A DNA stretch of 50,134 nucleotides, filler included, from Catajapyx aquilonaris (lineage: Eukaryota), in assembly GCA_000934665.2 (NCBI GenBank). It is 3 parts of 3 records of this genome, joined end to end, with 100 filler letters (N's around TTAATTAATTAA, not from the genome) between each part and the next. Parts side by side here need not be neighbours in the genome. Positions count along the whole stretch, not along the records: positions 1 to 16,641 come from JYFJ02007142.1; positions 16,742 to 33,394 come from JYFJ02007143.1; 1 more part is not named here. One strand, given 5' to 3'. How positions within the stretch are numbered: position 1 is the first letter of the stretch; every line of letters begins with the position of its first letter. The notes beneath the pieces are model-generated. The model was not told the DNA's origin. It searched no databases and saw only the letters and a list, made by a program, of their open reading frames with translations. The position numbers and the translations under genes were made by a program. This document shows, one piece after another, positions 12,090 to 22,430 of this stretch.

Positions 12090-13000
12090 TCAATCAATTT
12101 CATCATTTCAATTGGGACCGAGATTTCAAATTCTTATGCTCAACGGCCTACTGCAGCGTTTCAAGTGTGTTGGATTTTAATATGCGAGTGTATGACGTAT
12201 GTTGTTGGGAGGACATGAAAATGGTTCATATAGATAGGCTATGTCTGTCCAGAGGAATGACCTTTATTGTTCACTTTGTCTTTCATAATACTGAGGCAAG
12301 AATATCCTCTGGTAACGAAAAAAGGTATGTATAGCCTAGTATCAATGGTGCAACAAAGTTATCAGATCATATTATGCAATGCTGGATAGGTGATCAATTA
12401 TATGCCGTTTTCGAAATAAACAATTGCGAGGTCGAAAGTACTGCCACTGCGACTTTCTGCAGCGTCGAGAAAGTGTCTTCTGATCCTACTCGAAGTGATA
12501 AAAGCACGTCGAGGTTGCGGATATTTCGTCGTGAAATGTCATATCGAGGAAGTCGAAGATTTGGGACCAACCAGTCCGGTGACCCTGGTGTTCACATTGA
12601 CCTAAGTTCGATGATTAAGATTGTTCTGAAATCTGAAATTCGTACGGGTTGGATACAAATAATGTGTGCGAGGTCTGGAACGACACGGATTATTATCCCT
12701 CCTAGTACAATCTGTTCGCAATATATTGTGGGTTCAACATAATGAGTGATTTTTCCTATGCCATTTTTTGCAAAAAAAATATGAGATTGTCATATTTAAT
12801 ACCTTATTTATGTTTCCGCACGTGGACGTTTCTTATATAGTTTGCTCTGTATTCTCAGAATGTGTAGTTCATTTTCTTCTGACGTGTCGTCAGATATACT
12901 GTGTCGCAATTATCTAATTTCTCGCCGTACATTTTCATAATAATCCACATCTGATTGCACAATGTGGCGTACTGGTACAATATACTTGTAATGTTAGAAG
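12090..13000 (-). pseudogene. IVa2-like packaging ATPase pseudogene directly downstream of the pol C-terminus
   Basis: Walker-A-like FFAKNGIGK(S)LIMLN at ~12735-12785, which needs a 1-nt shift in an A-run (cf. IYGPTGCGKSQLLRN). Then IIRVVPDLAHIICIQP, PGSPDWLVP, NLDV, NHFHVLPT (~12200-12230; cf. KFFHAFPS) and KNLKSRSQ (cf. ANLKIQSK). Confidence 0.6.
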
Positions 13001-13099
13001 TGACAGAAGTGTTAAACGGGGATTTCACTTCAATGATGGGGCGAGAATGTGTACTATTTGAAATGAAATATAAGTCTTACTCGATTATGGGAAACTCAT

Positions 13100-15130
13100 T
13101 GTCTATAACTCATTATCAATTAAATAAGGCAAACACAATAATTATTGATAAGTATCTACAGTGGTTTTGTTGGAATGCTCCCTCTGTTTCTGCTCTGCCG
13201 TTATTGGACTCGTCAATATCCTATTTCGCTTCCTATAAGTGCCATGTAAAATGGAAAGTGGTGCTAAATTGTATGCTTACCACAGCTGGAAAGTGACACG
13301 CATTGGCTTTGCTCAGCCAGAACTACGCATGAAACTTAACGTCGCGTCGTCGTGTGTTTTTAAATTCTTGTCCTTGGCCCTCAAGATGGTAAGAATATCC
13401 AGATTGAAAATTTCCTCACACCCACGTGTGATCATGAGCGATTCCATCACGTCTTCGTCTGCCATAATGGGCCAGGTATTGCAGAAGTAATACCGCTTTA
13501 TCTCGGTCCCTCTACATGCTCACTATGAGTCCTCCCACTGCCGCTGCTGGTGTTGCTGGGTGTAACTCGATATCTCTTCCGATGTCCCATACTCATTTGT
13601 CGAGAGTTCCCGATTGTAGGGCATCTCCTCTAATGGTGTGTAATTCTTTGGAGTCCATTTTGACTTATTGAAATTCAATCCATGTGATTTGGGGAGATTG
13701 TCCTTCGCTTTTCTCTCACTTTGCGCGCGAGGAATCAGACTGGTCACGTCCTGACCCTTGTCAAATATCCCTCATCTCCACTAGCGTATACCACTTTTAT
13801 ATCTTATTTTTACAGAGAAGAGAGAGAGAGAGAGAGAGAGATTTAATTTGATACCAAAATCCCCGTCTTGTTGTTCATGTTCGTCCGTCACTACGTCTGC
13901 ATCTTTCATTGATCCTTTTCTTGTCATAGAGCATACCTGTAATTGTTATGTGTGCTCAATACTTAGGCATAATCTTGTTTGGCCCGAGTTCGTCCGTCGA
14001 CAAATTATTTTGTCGACGGTCGTGGTCTTTGTCTCATGTCTGGTCAGTGGTCATGCATGGACATGAATGCTAATTTTGATACAAATTTAAAAGTTTAAGC
14101 TGATGCTTCAAGTGTTGTTCTTAATAATAAATATTTTTTGGCCTATAGACGGGCAAGTACTGTATAGCTGATTACACGATCTCCGATGCTCCATGGCGCA
14201 AGTGTCACTCGACCTCACATGGATCCTGATCGTATGAGGGTTATTAGTAATCTTGGTCTTCCGATGTCGCCTGTGTTGCAGTGAAAATCAACACTGGGAA
14301 TATCTGGTCTGCTTGACCAGTTGCAGGAAACCATCTGTCAACCATCTATAGGATCATTCATAAAAAGCAAGTAATTACGTATTATAATCATAGCAATTAA
14401 TCATACGGGAGGAAAGTCGTTTAACTTTTTATCCTGACTCTGTGAAATAGGAATCTAAGTCCTCATATGCCTTACCTGGTTAACCGGCCATTTTTGTACA
14501 ATATAGTCGCAAGAATATTTTTAGTCTCGTATTATTTCCCATGGATGGAATATGCTGGGTTAGACACAATATTTGCATGTTGTGTGACCCATGTTGTGGT
14601 GCAGCTTAGAATGTGAGATAGCCTCTGGATGTCGAGATGAGATGACCGCTGCGACCGTTCCTTAAGGACAGTTGCTCTGGTGTTAAGAAGTATGGTTATT
14701 TCATTTTGCGAATAAGTAGCTATTTATTTTCACAATGATACTGTTCATCTCTCCCTGTGACATGAGGCAGGGAACTTGTCTCGTATAGAAGTTTTGGTTG
14801 GTCCTAGGGCAGAGAAACTAATGTATCAGGCTGCAATGATCTTTCCTCATTTTGCAGGACTTGGCGGATGGCATTTCGAATTTCTCGTGATTCACACAGC
14901 CGGACTTATATCAAGTGGACCGAAGTTTTATGGATAGAATTTTTCTGAGTAATGTCCACAATACTGTTGAAAAATGTATAACATCGGTTCGAGGTTTGAA
15001 GTAGATCCTGAGTACATATGAACCTCGCGTCGTTTGTCGTTCGGTCGTTGCGGTTGTTCCATGGGTTGTTCACCCTTCTTCGACAGACAATCGGCCGGTC
15101 TTTTTAATCCGTTTGTCCGAAGTATCATTG
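13100..15130 (-). pseudogene. Adenovirus-type pPolB pseudogene (exonuclease domain plus C-terminus; palm core apparently deleted near 13760-13850)
   Basis: ExoI-like EVHMYSGSTSNLEPMLYIFQQYCG (ORF 14928-15128; cf. ETYTWMGAFGKQLVPFMLVMKFGG). LTPEQLS and GSHNMQ (cf. LSSPEELT, VGHNIN). AFYE*SYRWLTDGF at ~14321-14368 (cf. FYMLGSYRSEADGF). DTCAME (cf. ExoIII DYCALD). C-terminal PQITWIE, YLA, LRAK, AKPMRVT, CLPY (cf. PELTWLVE, FLAP, LRAKG, AHPFTVT, LLPY). Confidence 0.75.
13814..13841. repeat. (GA)n microsatellite inside the viral remnant
   Basis: Visible dinucleotide run close to the pol internal deletion point. Confidence 0.9.
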
Positions 15131-15899
15131 TTGCTCAGGCAAAGTATAGAAGTATACCGTTTTATTGCCTCTCCTTAAAACTTCTCGCTTCTCACTCCTG
15201 GGTTCTCTCGGTATCATGTTCACTTTCCTTTTTCTGGAGTCTGACTGCATATGGCGAAGGGGATTTGCATGGTAATCGCTTCTCGTTTTTAAAAAAAATG
15301 TTTCTTGGTCTTCCTGGCGGAGATGTCATCCTGTGAAACCAAGAAGCAAAATAGATATACACGTCTTAATAATGGTTTGCTGTTTCATAGGCTCCAGTCT
15401 TCGGAAGCATCTACACGACACACAATTTCATTGCTTCTCCCTGAATGTTGTTGAAAGTGGATACCTGGGATTATTATTTGTCTTCACTCGCTCTCATTAC
15501 ATTTCTTGAACAACGTGGAAGTTTTCCCCCTCAACCATCTTGCACCTGCAACATGGTGCACTGTGTATCTTGATTCCATGTCTTCTTATTCCACTTCAGT
15601 CGTCATTAGTTGACGATGCAAATAGCGCCAAATTGAGGATAATTATACTACTAGCGTTTCCAGAACAGTTTAATATATTAAGCTAGGTATCGTACAATAT
15701 TGTTTACCCAAGATTACGCTACTTTCTCATTAGTAGAGTCATAATTTGTATTACAAATATGCAACCTTTGTCTGAGAAATCACACGGATGCAGCATGATT
15801 CGTGTGCACTTGCATTGGATTGGTCCATCCCGATGGGCTGAGGTGCATTATTTAGGCAAATGTCTTATAGAGTGGGCGAATCTTTCCCAACAATTCACA

Positions 15900-16540
15900 T
15901 GACGTTGGCAGTAGAAGGGGCAGGAACCATTATTTTGTCCTTGTTTGCCAGGCTCAGGGGCGCCAGGTGTCCTTCAGACATTTCTTGCTCCATGGGTGTG
16001 TTTCTTCTCCCTGAGTACTGGAAGCCTGGACACCTGATTGTTCGATGAAGCGAGAAGGCCCGTTTGGTTGGCAGAAGTCAACGTGGGGTATCTATTTTGC
16101 TCTGGTAGCTTGAATTGCACCAGTGTACGATGCTACACATCCCACGGAAAGCTTTCATCCAATTCTTGTGAGGACAGTTAATGTGATTTTGATTAGCTTT
16201 GATATAATTGTGGATGATGAGATACATTGGCGCAGGGCCTTTATGGTCGGGTCACCGTAGCTCTGACACAGGTGGTTATTTTGCTCTAGGATGCTGAGGT
16301 CTTCCTTGAATGTGCCGAAAATTGAGTGGTAGTCACACTTGTTGCATCATGTCCGATGGATAAGTTGGTATGCTGTCAGTTGTAAGAGAAATTGTGAATG
16401 TCGTTACGAGCGGAAGATGGGCGTAAATAGCTGGAAAACTCGACATAATGGTGAAGGTTTCAGATCAATTCGTTGATGATCTGAGTGGCTAACGTCAGGA
16501 TATCATCGCGTGTTGTTAACCCTCCTCACTAATATAATAA
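15900..16540 (-). pseudogene. Adenovirus preterminal protein (pTP)-like fragment, C-terminal half
   Basis: Translation gives LATQIINELI*NL...PSSARNDIHNF (~16390-16490), TFKEDLSILEQ...YGDPTIKALRQ and, after a frameshift, MYLIIHNYIKANQNHI (~16180-16227). Recalled adenovirus pTP has TVAELIRLLEEELTVSARNSQFFNF...FYEAMERLEALGDINESTLRRWVMYFFVAEH-ATTLNYL. Confidence 0.65.
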
Positions 16541-16641
16541 CACTATGGTGACCCGGCAGGCAAGCCATCCCCTGCCGGCGTCACCTCACGGGCAAATGTC
16601 CCCTGACTCCATCGTCCTCCAAACCGATCCTGTCCCTTGCT

Positions 16642-16741
16642 NNNNNNNNNNNNNNNNNNNNNNNNNNNNNNNNNNNNNNNNNNNNTTAATTAATTAANNN
16701 NNNNNNNNNNNNNNNNNNNNNNNNNNNNNNNNNNNNNNNNN
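16642..16741. other. Artificial contig linker (44 N + TTAATTAATTAA + 44 N)
   Basis: 100-nt spacer containing the six-frame-stop 12-mer. Confidence 0.97.
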
Positions 16742-17013
16742 GGAAGAAATGAATGAAGGGAAAGCACCTTCCGGTACCCCCGTCAACTGTCTGTCTTTCC
16801 GTGTGTCCGCCCACCAATGCCATCTGTGATCCTGCTACGCCAACACCTTCAACCTCTCCCGCCGGCAACCGTCATTTGCCTGCCATCTGTAGTCAACCCC
16901 CAACACCTCCATCCTCTCCCGGCCTGGGGGTGGAGCACAGATGGCAGGCAAATGACGGTTGGCAGGCGGACAGACAGACAGACAGACTCACAAACCCCTT
17001 TATTTATATAGAT
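16742..17013 (-). mobile_element. Helitron-like 5' end
   Basis: The reverse complement begins ATCTATATAAATAAA followed by (TCTG)n, typical of insect non-autonomous Helitrons. Confidence 0.5.
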
Positions 17014-17132
17014 TTAACACTAGTGGGGCATTTTCTACCACAACTGACCACATATTAGGAATATAGAGACTTTCTTGATCTCGGGAGCCCCCAACAACAT
17101 GCAAAATATTGGAATCGTCCCTTTGATTGTAA

Positions 17133-17798
17133 CAGTAAAACTTCTAAAAGTCGAACTTCCATAACTCGAAGTGCTGGCAGGGCCTTACGATGGGATATCA
17201 ATGCACTTTCAGTCTCCCTAAGTCGAAGTTCATGTTGGCGAGTACAGAAAATTTTCTCATTCCCCAGCCGAAGGGTCGAGAGTAGGCCACATGTACAGAA
17301 AGGCTCAATTTCCTGATTTCCGTCTACCAGATGTACCGAAAGAAGTGTTTGACTCGATTGTGACAATTGCATCCTTGAGTCTAAGAGTAGGCAAATGTCC
17401 ATAACTGAGATTTTTTTTGCAACAAAACAATGAGGAACATTGTAAGTGTGATAGTGACAGTTATTTTTAAGTTAGGAACACCTTTCGTCGCTGGATATAA
17501 AGATAGGCTTCCTTATAAAGTTCTATGGTTTAAAAAATCCAAACTTCTCTAACTCGAATCTTCTATAAAGGCCCATTCACACAGGCCTTCGACGGTTTTG
17601 GTTTTAGTTTTGGTTTTGGACCAATCAGAGCGGGCCCTCACGGTAACCATGACGCGTTGTTTACGTGAGGGCCCGCTCTGATTGGTCCAAAACCAAAACT
17701 AAAACTAAAACCAAAACCGTCGACGGCCTGTGTGAATGGGCCTTAACTCGAAGTTTTTTCCCGGTCCCATGGAGATTCGACTTATAGAAGTTTTACTG
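17133..17798. mobile_element. Tc1/mariner-pogo type MITE
   Basis: TIRs CAGTAAAACTTCTA.AAGTCGAA and TTCGACTTATAGAAGTTTTACTG, with TA at the right end. A partial second copy is at ~25630-25983. Confidence 0.75.
17569..17743. mobile_element. PIF/Harbinger-type palindromic MITE nested in the previous element
   Basis: AGGCCCATTCACAC...GTGTGAATGGGCCT, almost fully palindromic, flanked by a TAA duplication. Confidence 0.85.
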
Positions 17799-18060
17799 TA
17801 TTTATATTATTTGGAGGTTTTCTGCTAATTTCCTGGGAGTTTTTCTAGCCAAATCTGGGTTACCTGGGCTTTTTGGCAAAAGAGAGAGCAGCAGCTTAAT
17901 CCCTGCCTCATAGGGAAAGTTGTGATGATGATGATGATGTAATTAGACAGCTAGTTAATTATGTCTTGTGATGCAAACAAGTGGTATTTCCTGTGACACT
18001 GAATACTCGGTAATTGTTAATTATAATATGTCAAGTCAGTTTCTCGGGTTCTCATTGCAG

Positions 18061-18183
18061 ATGCTGGAGCCCTTCACCCTGCTGTACCAGCTTCTCTACT
18101 GTGCCCATTGCAACGGTGCATTTGCCACAAAGAAGCACCTGGAGACGCACATGCTCAAGAAGCACATCACTCCTGAGCCTCAG
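18061..18183 (+). CDS. Upstream exon of the C2H2 zinc-finger gene (one CxxC...HxxxxH finger)
   Basis: TTGCAG acceptor and CAG|GTAATA donor. Encodes YCAHCNGAFATKKHLETHMLKKH and splices in phase 0 to 22431. Confidence 0.7.
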
Positions 18184-18593
18184 GTAATACAGTAAATACA
18201 GTGTGTGTATTATTTATTGATAGGGTGACCTGCATAGAGAGGTATGTTTTGAGCAGATTGAGTTATATGAGGTAGACAGCCAGATAGCCATAGTTACTTT
18301 GGCTTCTTCCTAATAAACCAAACCAAGCCATCACTCCTGGAACATAGCCAGGGTGAAAACAGTTGGCACCTACCATGTATGTATTTTTTCACCGTAAATC
18401 AGTGTTATACAGGGTGTAAAAATGAATTCAGTGGACAAACTTGTAGGGGTAATAGAGGGGACCTGGACATATATTTTTGACATGGAAAACCATGTCCTGA
18501 AACGCCGTCTAGAGGGGGTTAATAGGCAAGGAACGGGTTGGCTCAGACGCGTCACGCAGGAGGCGCTAGGCGAGCGGACTGTTTTGTTGATAT

Positions 18594-19051
18594 TTTATTT
18601 TATTTATTTATTTATTTTTATTTTTATTTTTATTTTTATTTAAACCCTTGAGGCCTTCTGGCCTATGTAGGGGGGAGATTTTTCCACCATTTTCTGACTC
18701 TCCAGTGCTGGGATAGAGGGGGGGNGGGGGGGGGGGACAGTGGTGCAAGTGCATTGTCTCTTGGTGGAGGTCGTGGGCAGTCCCTCAGAGGACTAGGTTG
18801 ACAAGACGACCCTCTAGATGCGGGTCAGAGACCTTCCACAAACGCCGCACCTCCTCCAGTATGGGACAGGGAAAGGAAAGGCGGGAAGCGGCTGTGGCCT
18901 ACTAATTTAGGAAACAACTCCGGTATTCACCTGCGGTGACCGTGGGAAACCACAGAAAACCACGGTCAGGGTTGCCGGCCTGGGTATTCGATCCCTGGAC
19001 CTCCCGATTCGCAGCCGGATACCGAATCCCCTCAGGCACTGCTGCTTCGGT
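18594..19051 (-). mobile_element. tRNA-derived SINE with 15-bp target-site duplication
   Basis: TSD CTGTTTTGTTGATAT at 18579-18593 and 19052-19066, an A-rich tail on the minus strand, a box-B-like GGATCGAATACC and the insect SINE core GTGGTTTTCTGTGGTTTCCC. Confidence 0.8.
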
Positions 19052-19719
19052 CTGTTTTGTTGATATATGGTGCTCGGATAGTAACCAACGATGCGATGTG
19101 TCATAACGTGGCAACAACAGAGCCGTCTAGCAACTAAAGTCCTCCTCCTAGGAGATGCGCGGATAGTCAACCGCGGTTCTGTTGTTGCCAGGATATGGTG
19201 TATCGCGTCGTTGTAAGCAAAACTTGTTGAGAACGTCAAAAGAAAGTGTTGGGGCGACTGAAACCAGTGTTTTGATCATCTAATACAAACACTGCAGAGT
19301 TCCATGGACGTTTATAGTAGGGGGGAGTTATGAGCAGTTACATAGAAAAACGTGAGAGCATGCGAGTAGAAGCAGTAGAGGTTGTGAATTTCTGTTCATA
19401 CTATAATTGGGGTTTTTTAAATTCAAAAGGTATTGGTATGTTGAGGTGGGAAAATGCATATTTACCAGGCAATGCAAAGCAAAGGTGGGATTGCAGATGG
19501 GTCGCAGGGATCACTGATATGTGAATGCACGGAGGAACGGGTGGGAGACTGGGAGTGTATGCATATGATTGGGGGATGGGCATCATCATTGGCTATAAGT
19601 CCGAAGCGATTAAAAATATGGTAGGCAGAATATGGTAGGAAAAAGCGAGTGAAGAGAGTGGGTTTCTATGCCTGCGCCACAGAAAAATGCTAGTGTAGCG
19701 AGGGTTTTTCTCGTATGAC

Positions 19720-20085
19720 CAGGGAGCATAATTATACTACATAAGAGGCGCAAACATTCGATTTTCGCGTCTCTCTGTTTGGGGCGTTGCCAAGGCTGGC
19801 GGCCATTTTGAAGTGTGTGCAACGCCAACGAGGTATAAATAGGGCACAGGCAAAAATAGGGTCCGCCATCTTTCATTCGCGCGTGTTCTTGCCGTGTAGT
19901 TGCCATGGCCGCCAAAACCATCAAATATGGCGGACCCTATTTTTGCCTGTACCCTATTTATACCTCGTTGTCGTTACCCACACTTCAAAATGGCCGCCAC
20001 CCTTGGCAACGGGCCCAAACAGAGAGACGCGAACATCAAAGGCGCCGACAGAAGTTTGCGCCGCTTATGTAGTATATGCTCCCTG
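19720..20085. mobile_element. Palindromic MITE with 7-bp TSD (P-element-like)
   Basis: CAGGGAGCAT...ATGCTCCCTG termini flanked by GTATGAC on both sides. Confidence 0.8.
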
Positions 20086-20925
20086 GTATGACAATAATAT
20101 GACAAGTTGGTAAATGGTAATTGGCGTTCCTAGGTGATGGCAACATGTTAAAATGGGGTAATTAGGGAAAAAATAAGGGGAAAATTCATAACTCATATCC
20201 TCTAGCAAAGGGAACTGTGAGGTTTTGAACACTGATCCTCACCGCCCGGTTGCACATTCGGCCATTTGACGAAGAGACCGATTTCCTAAGAGTTATTGAC
20301 CAAAAAACAAACAAACACAACAACAACAACAACAACAACTACAAGAGGGGGGGGGGGTGGGGGGGAAGAAAATCGCATTTTTACTCGTTTTAATTTTTTG
20401 AGGAGTACCGAAGAGGAATTCGGTAAAAGTGTAAATGGCGGGAATGCTCTTCATGATGGTCGGGGCCTGTGTTCAAATTTTCGAAGCTCTTCCAACCTGC
20501 AGCGAAATTTGAGCTAGGGAGAATAAAAAACGTAACAACAAGAACAACAAGATGTTGGAAAAATTCATTGTTCAAATGGCATATTCGGTCTTACATTATG
20601 CTGGGCTACCGCCCTTAAAATATGACCTTCACTTCCTTACACTGGTTTTTCATAAGGGATCTTGGTACCTGTAGCTGGTGCCCTATACACTGACCACCAT
20701 GTATGCAGGGTGTTTATTGTAACTCTGCAAAGACTTTCAGGGGTAATAGAGGTGACCAAGACAAACATATTTGACCTAGGAACCCGTGTCAGGAAACGCC
20801 ATCTAGAGGGGATTCATAGACAAGGAACGGGTGCGCTCAGACGCCTCACGCGGGAGGCGCTAGGCGAGCAGACTATTTTGTTGATAGATGGCGCTCGGAT
20901 AGTAACCTATGACACTCCTCGAATA

Positions 20926-21441
20926 CGGTAGGTTAACACCTGTGTCCTGGCCAGACGGCGCTGACGGCGGATGTCCCTCCATTGTCTGCCGCCATCTTGA
21001 AGACCCATTCCGGTGGCTGGCAAGTCAATCTGCCTACGGGTGAGTGCCAAAAAAAAATGCCGAAAAATAAGTACGGTACTGCTCGGTACTGCTAGCTATC
21101 TTTAGTCATGTCTAAATGAAATAAATAGTACACTTACAATGCTCGGTAAATGTGCAGAAGGCATTCTGGACACACCAAAAATGTCAAGCGAGCAGGAAGT
21201 GATTGTAAAAGAGCATATTGTAAGTGCACTATTTATTTTATTTAGACATGACTAAAGATAGTTAGCAGTACCGAGCAGTACCGTACTTATTTTTTGGCTT
21301 TTTTTTTTGGCACCCACCCGTAGGCATATTGACTTGCCAGCCAACGGAATGGGTCTTCAAGATGGCGGCAGACAATGGAGGGACCACTGGAGGGATTCCG
21401 CCACCAGCGCCGTCTGGCCAAGACACAGTCATTAACCTACC
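20926..21441. mobile_element. Long-TIR foldback MITE
   Basis: Inverted arms of ~190 bp (CGGTAGGTTAA...TTAACCTACCG). Confidence 0.75.
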
Positions 21442-22430
21442 GTCACCATACATGTAGGTGGGCTGTGTCAGGGGGCTGGAGGGGACCAAGACAAGTATTT
21501 TTGACAGAGGAACCCATGTCCGGAAACGCCATCTAGAGGGGGTTCATAGACAAGGAACGGGTGCGCTCAGGCGTGTCACGTGGGAGGCGCTAGGCGAGCG
21601 GACTGTTTTGTTGATAGATGGCGCTTGGATAGTAACCAACAATGCGATGTGCCATAACGTGGCAACAGCAGAGCCATCTAGCAACTAAAGTCCGCCTCCT
21701 AGGAGACGCGCGGATATAGTCAACAGCGGTTCTGTTGTGGCCAGGTTATGGCGTATCGCGTTGCTGTTTGCTTACAACGACGCGATACACCATAACCTGG
21801 CAACAACTGTGCGCCATCTATCAACAAAACAGTCCGCTCGCCTAGCGCCTCTCGCGTGGCGCGTCTGAGCGCACCCGTTCCTCGTCTATGAACCCCCTCT
21901 AGATGGCGTTTCCGGACACGGGTTCCTATGTCAAAAATACTTGTCTTGGTCCCCTCTATTACCCCTGAAAGTCTTTGCAGAGTTACAATAAACACCCTGC
22001 ATATAATATAGCAGAACTCTTTGATACGCCATAACCTGGCAACAACAGAACCGCTGTTGACTATCCGCGCGTCTCCTGGGAGGCGGACTTTAGTTGCTAG
22101 ATGGCTCTGTTGTTGCCACGTTATGGCACATCGCATCGTTGGTTACTATCCGATAGCCATCTATCAACAAAACAGTCCGCTCGCCTAGCGCCTCCCGCGT
22201 GAGGCTTCTGAGCGCACCCGTTCCTTGTCTATGAACCCCCTCTAGATGGCGTTTCCTGACACGGGTTCCTAGGTCAAATATGTTTGTCTTGGTCCCCTCT
22301 ATTACCCCTGAAAGTATTTGCAGAGTTACAATAAGCACCCTGTATAATATTGTATGGCAAGCATACAGAGTCCAACACTCTCCTTTAAAATACATTTCGA
22401 TCTGCATTTATGAGATATCATTAATTTCAG

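Larger units (their letters stand above)
400..16540 (-). mobile_element. Degraded, multi-copy endogenous adenovirus-like viral element cluster (pTP, pPolB and IVa2-like fragments)
   Basis: Manual minus-strand translation gives many short motifs matching adenovirus proteins as recalled, in the correct linear order. Diverged internal DNA repeats are visible (e.g. 3380-3570 with 13100-13270; 3640-3960 with 8030-8310; 10480-10690 with 12500-12700; 10730-11260 with 13270-13750). Stops and frameshifts are frequent, and host-type repeats are inserted. Boundaries are approximate. Confidence 0.75.
18410..22343. repeat. Cluster of ~5 copies of a CAGGGTG-ended (Tc1/mariner-like) non-autonomous element in the zinc-finger intron
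   Basis: The motif AAACGCCATCTAGAGGGGGTTCATAGACAAGGAACGGGTGCGCTCAG recurs at ~18500, 20790 and 21525 (+) and at ~21870 and 22210 (-). Confidence 0.75.

Noticed and set aside
14500..14900. pTP-like reading of REIRNAIRQVL...YFLTPEQL
   Set aside because: The flanking ExoI-like, GSHN and SYR..DGF motifs place this stretch collinearly in the polymerase exonuclease domain.
20662..22407. Recurrent short ORFs with RKRHLEGVHRQGTGALRR
   Set aside because: These are translations of a non-coding repeat family in both orientations, not a protein family.
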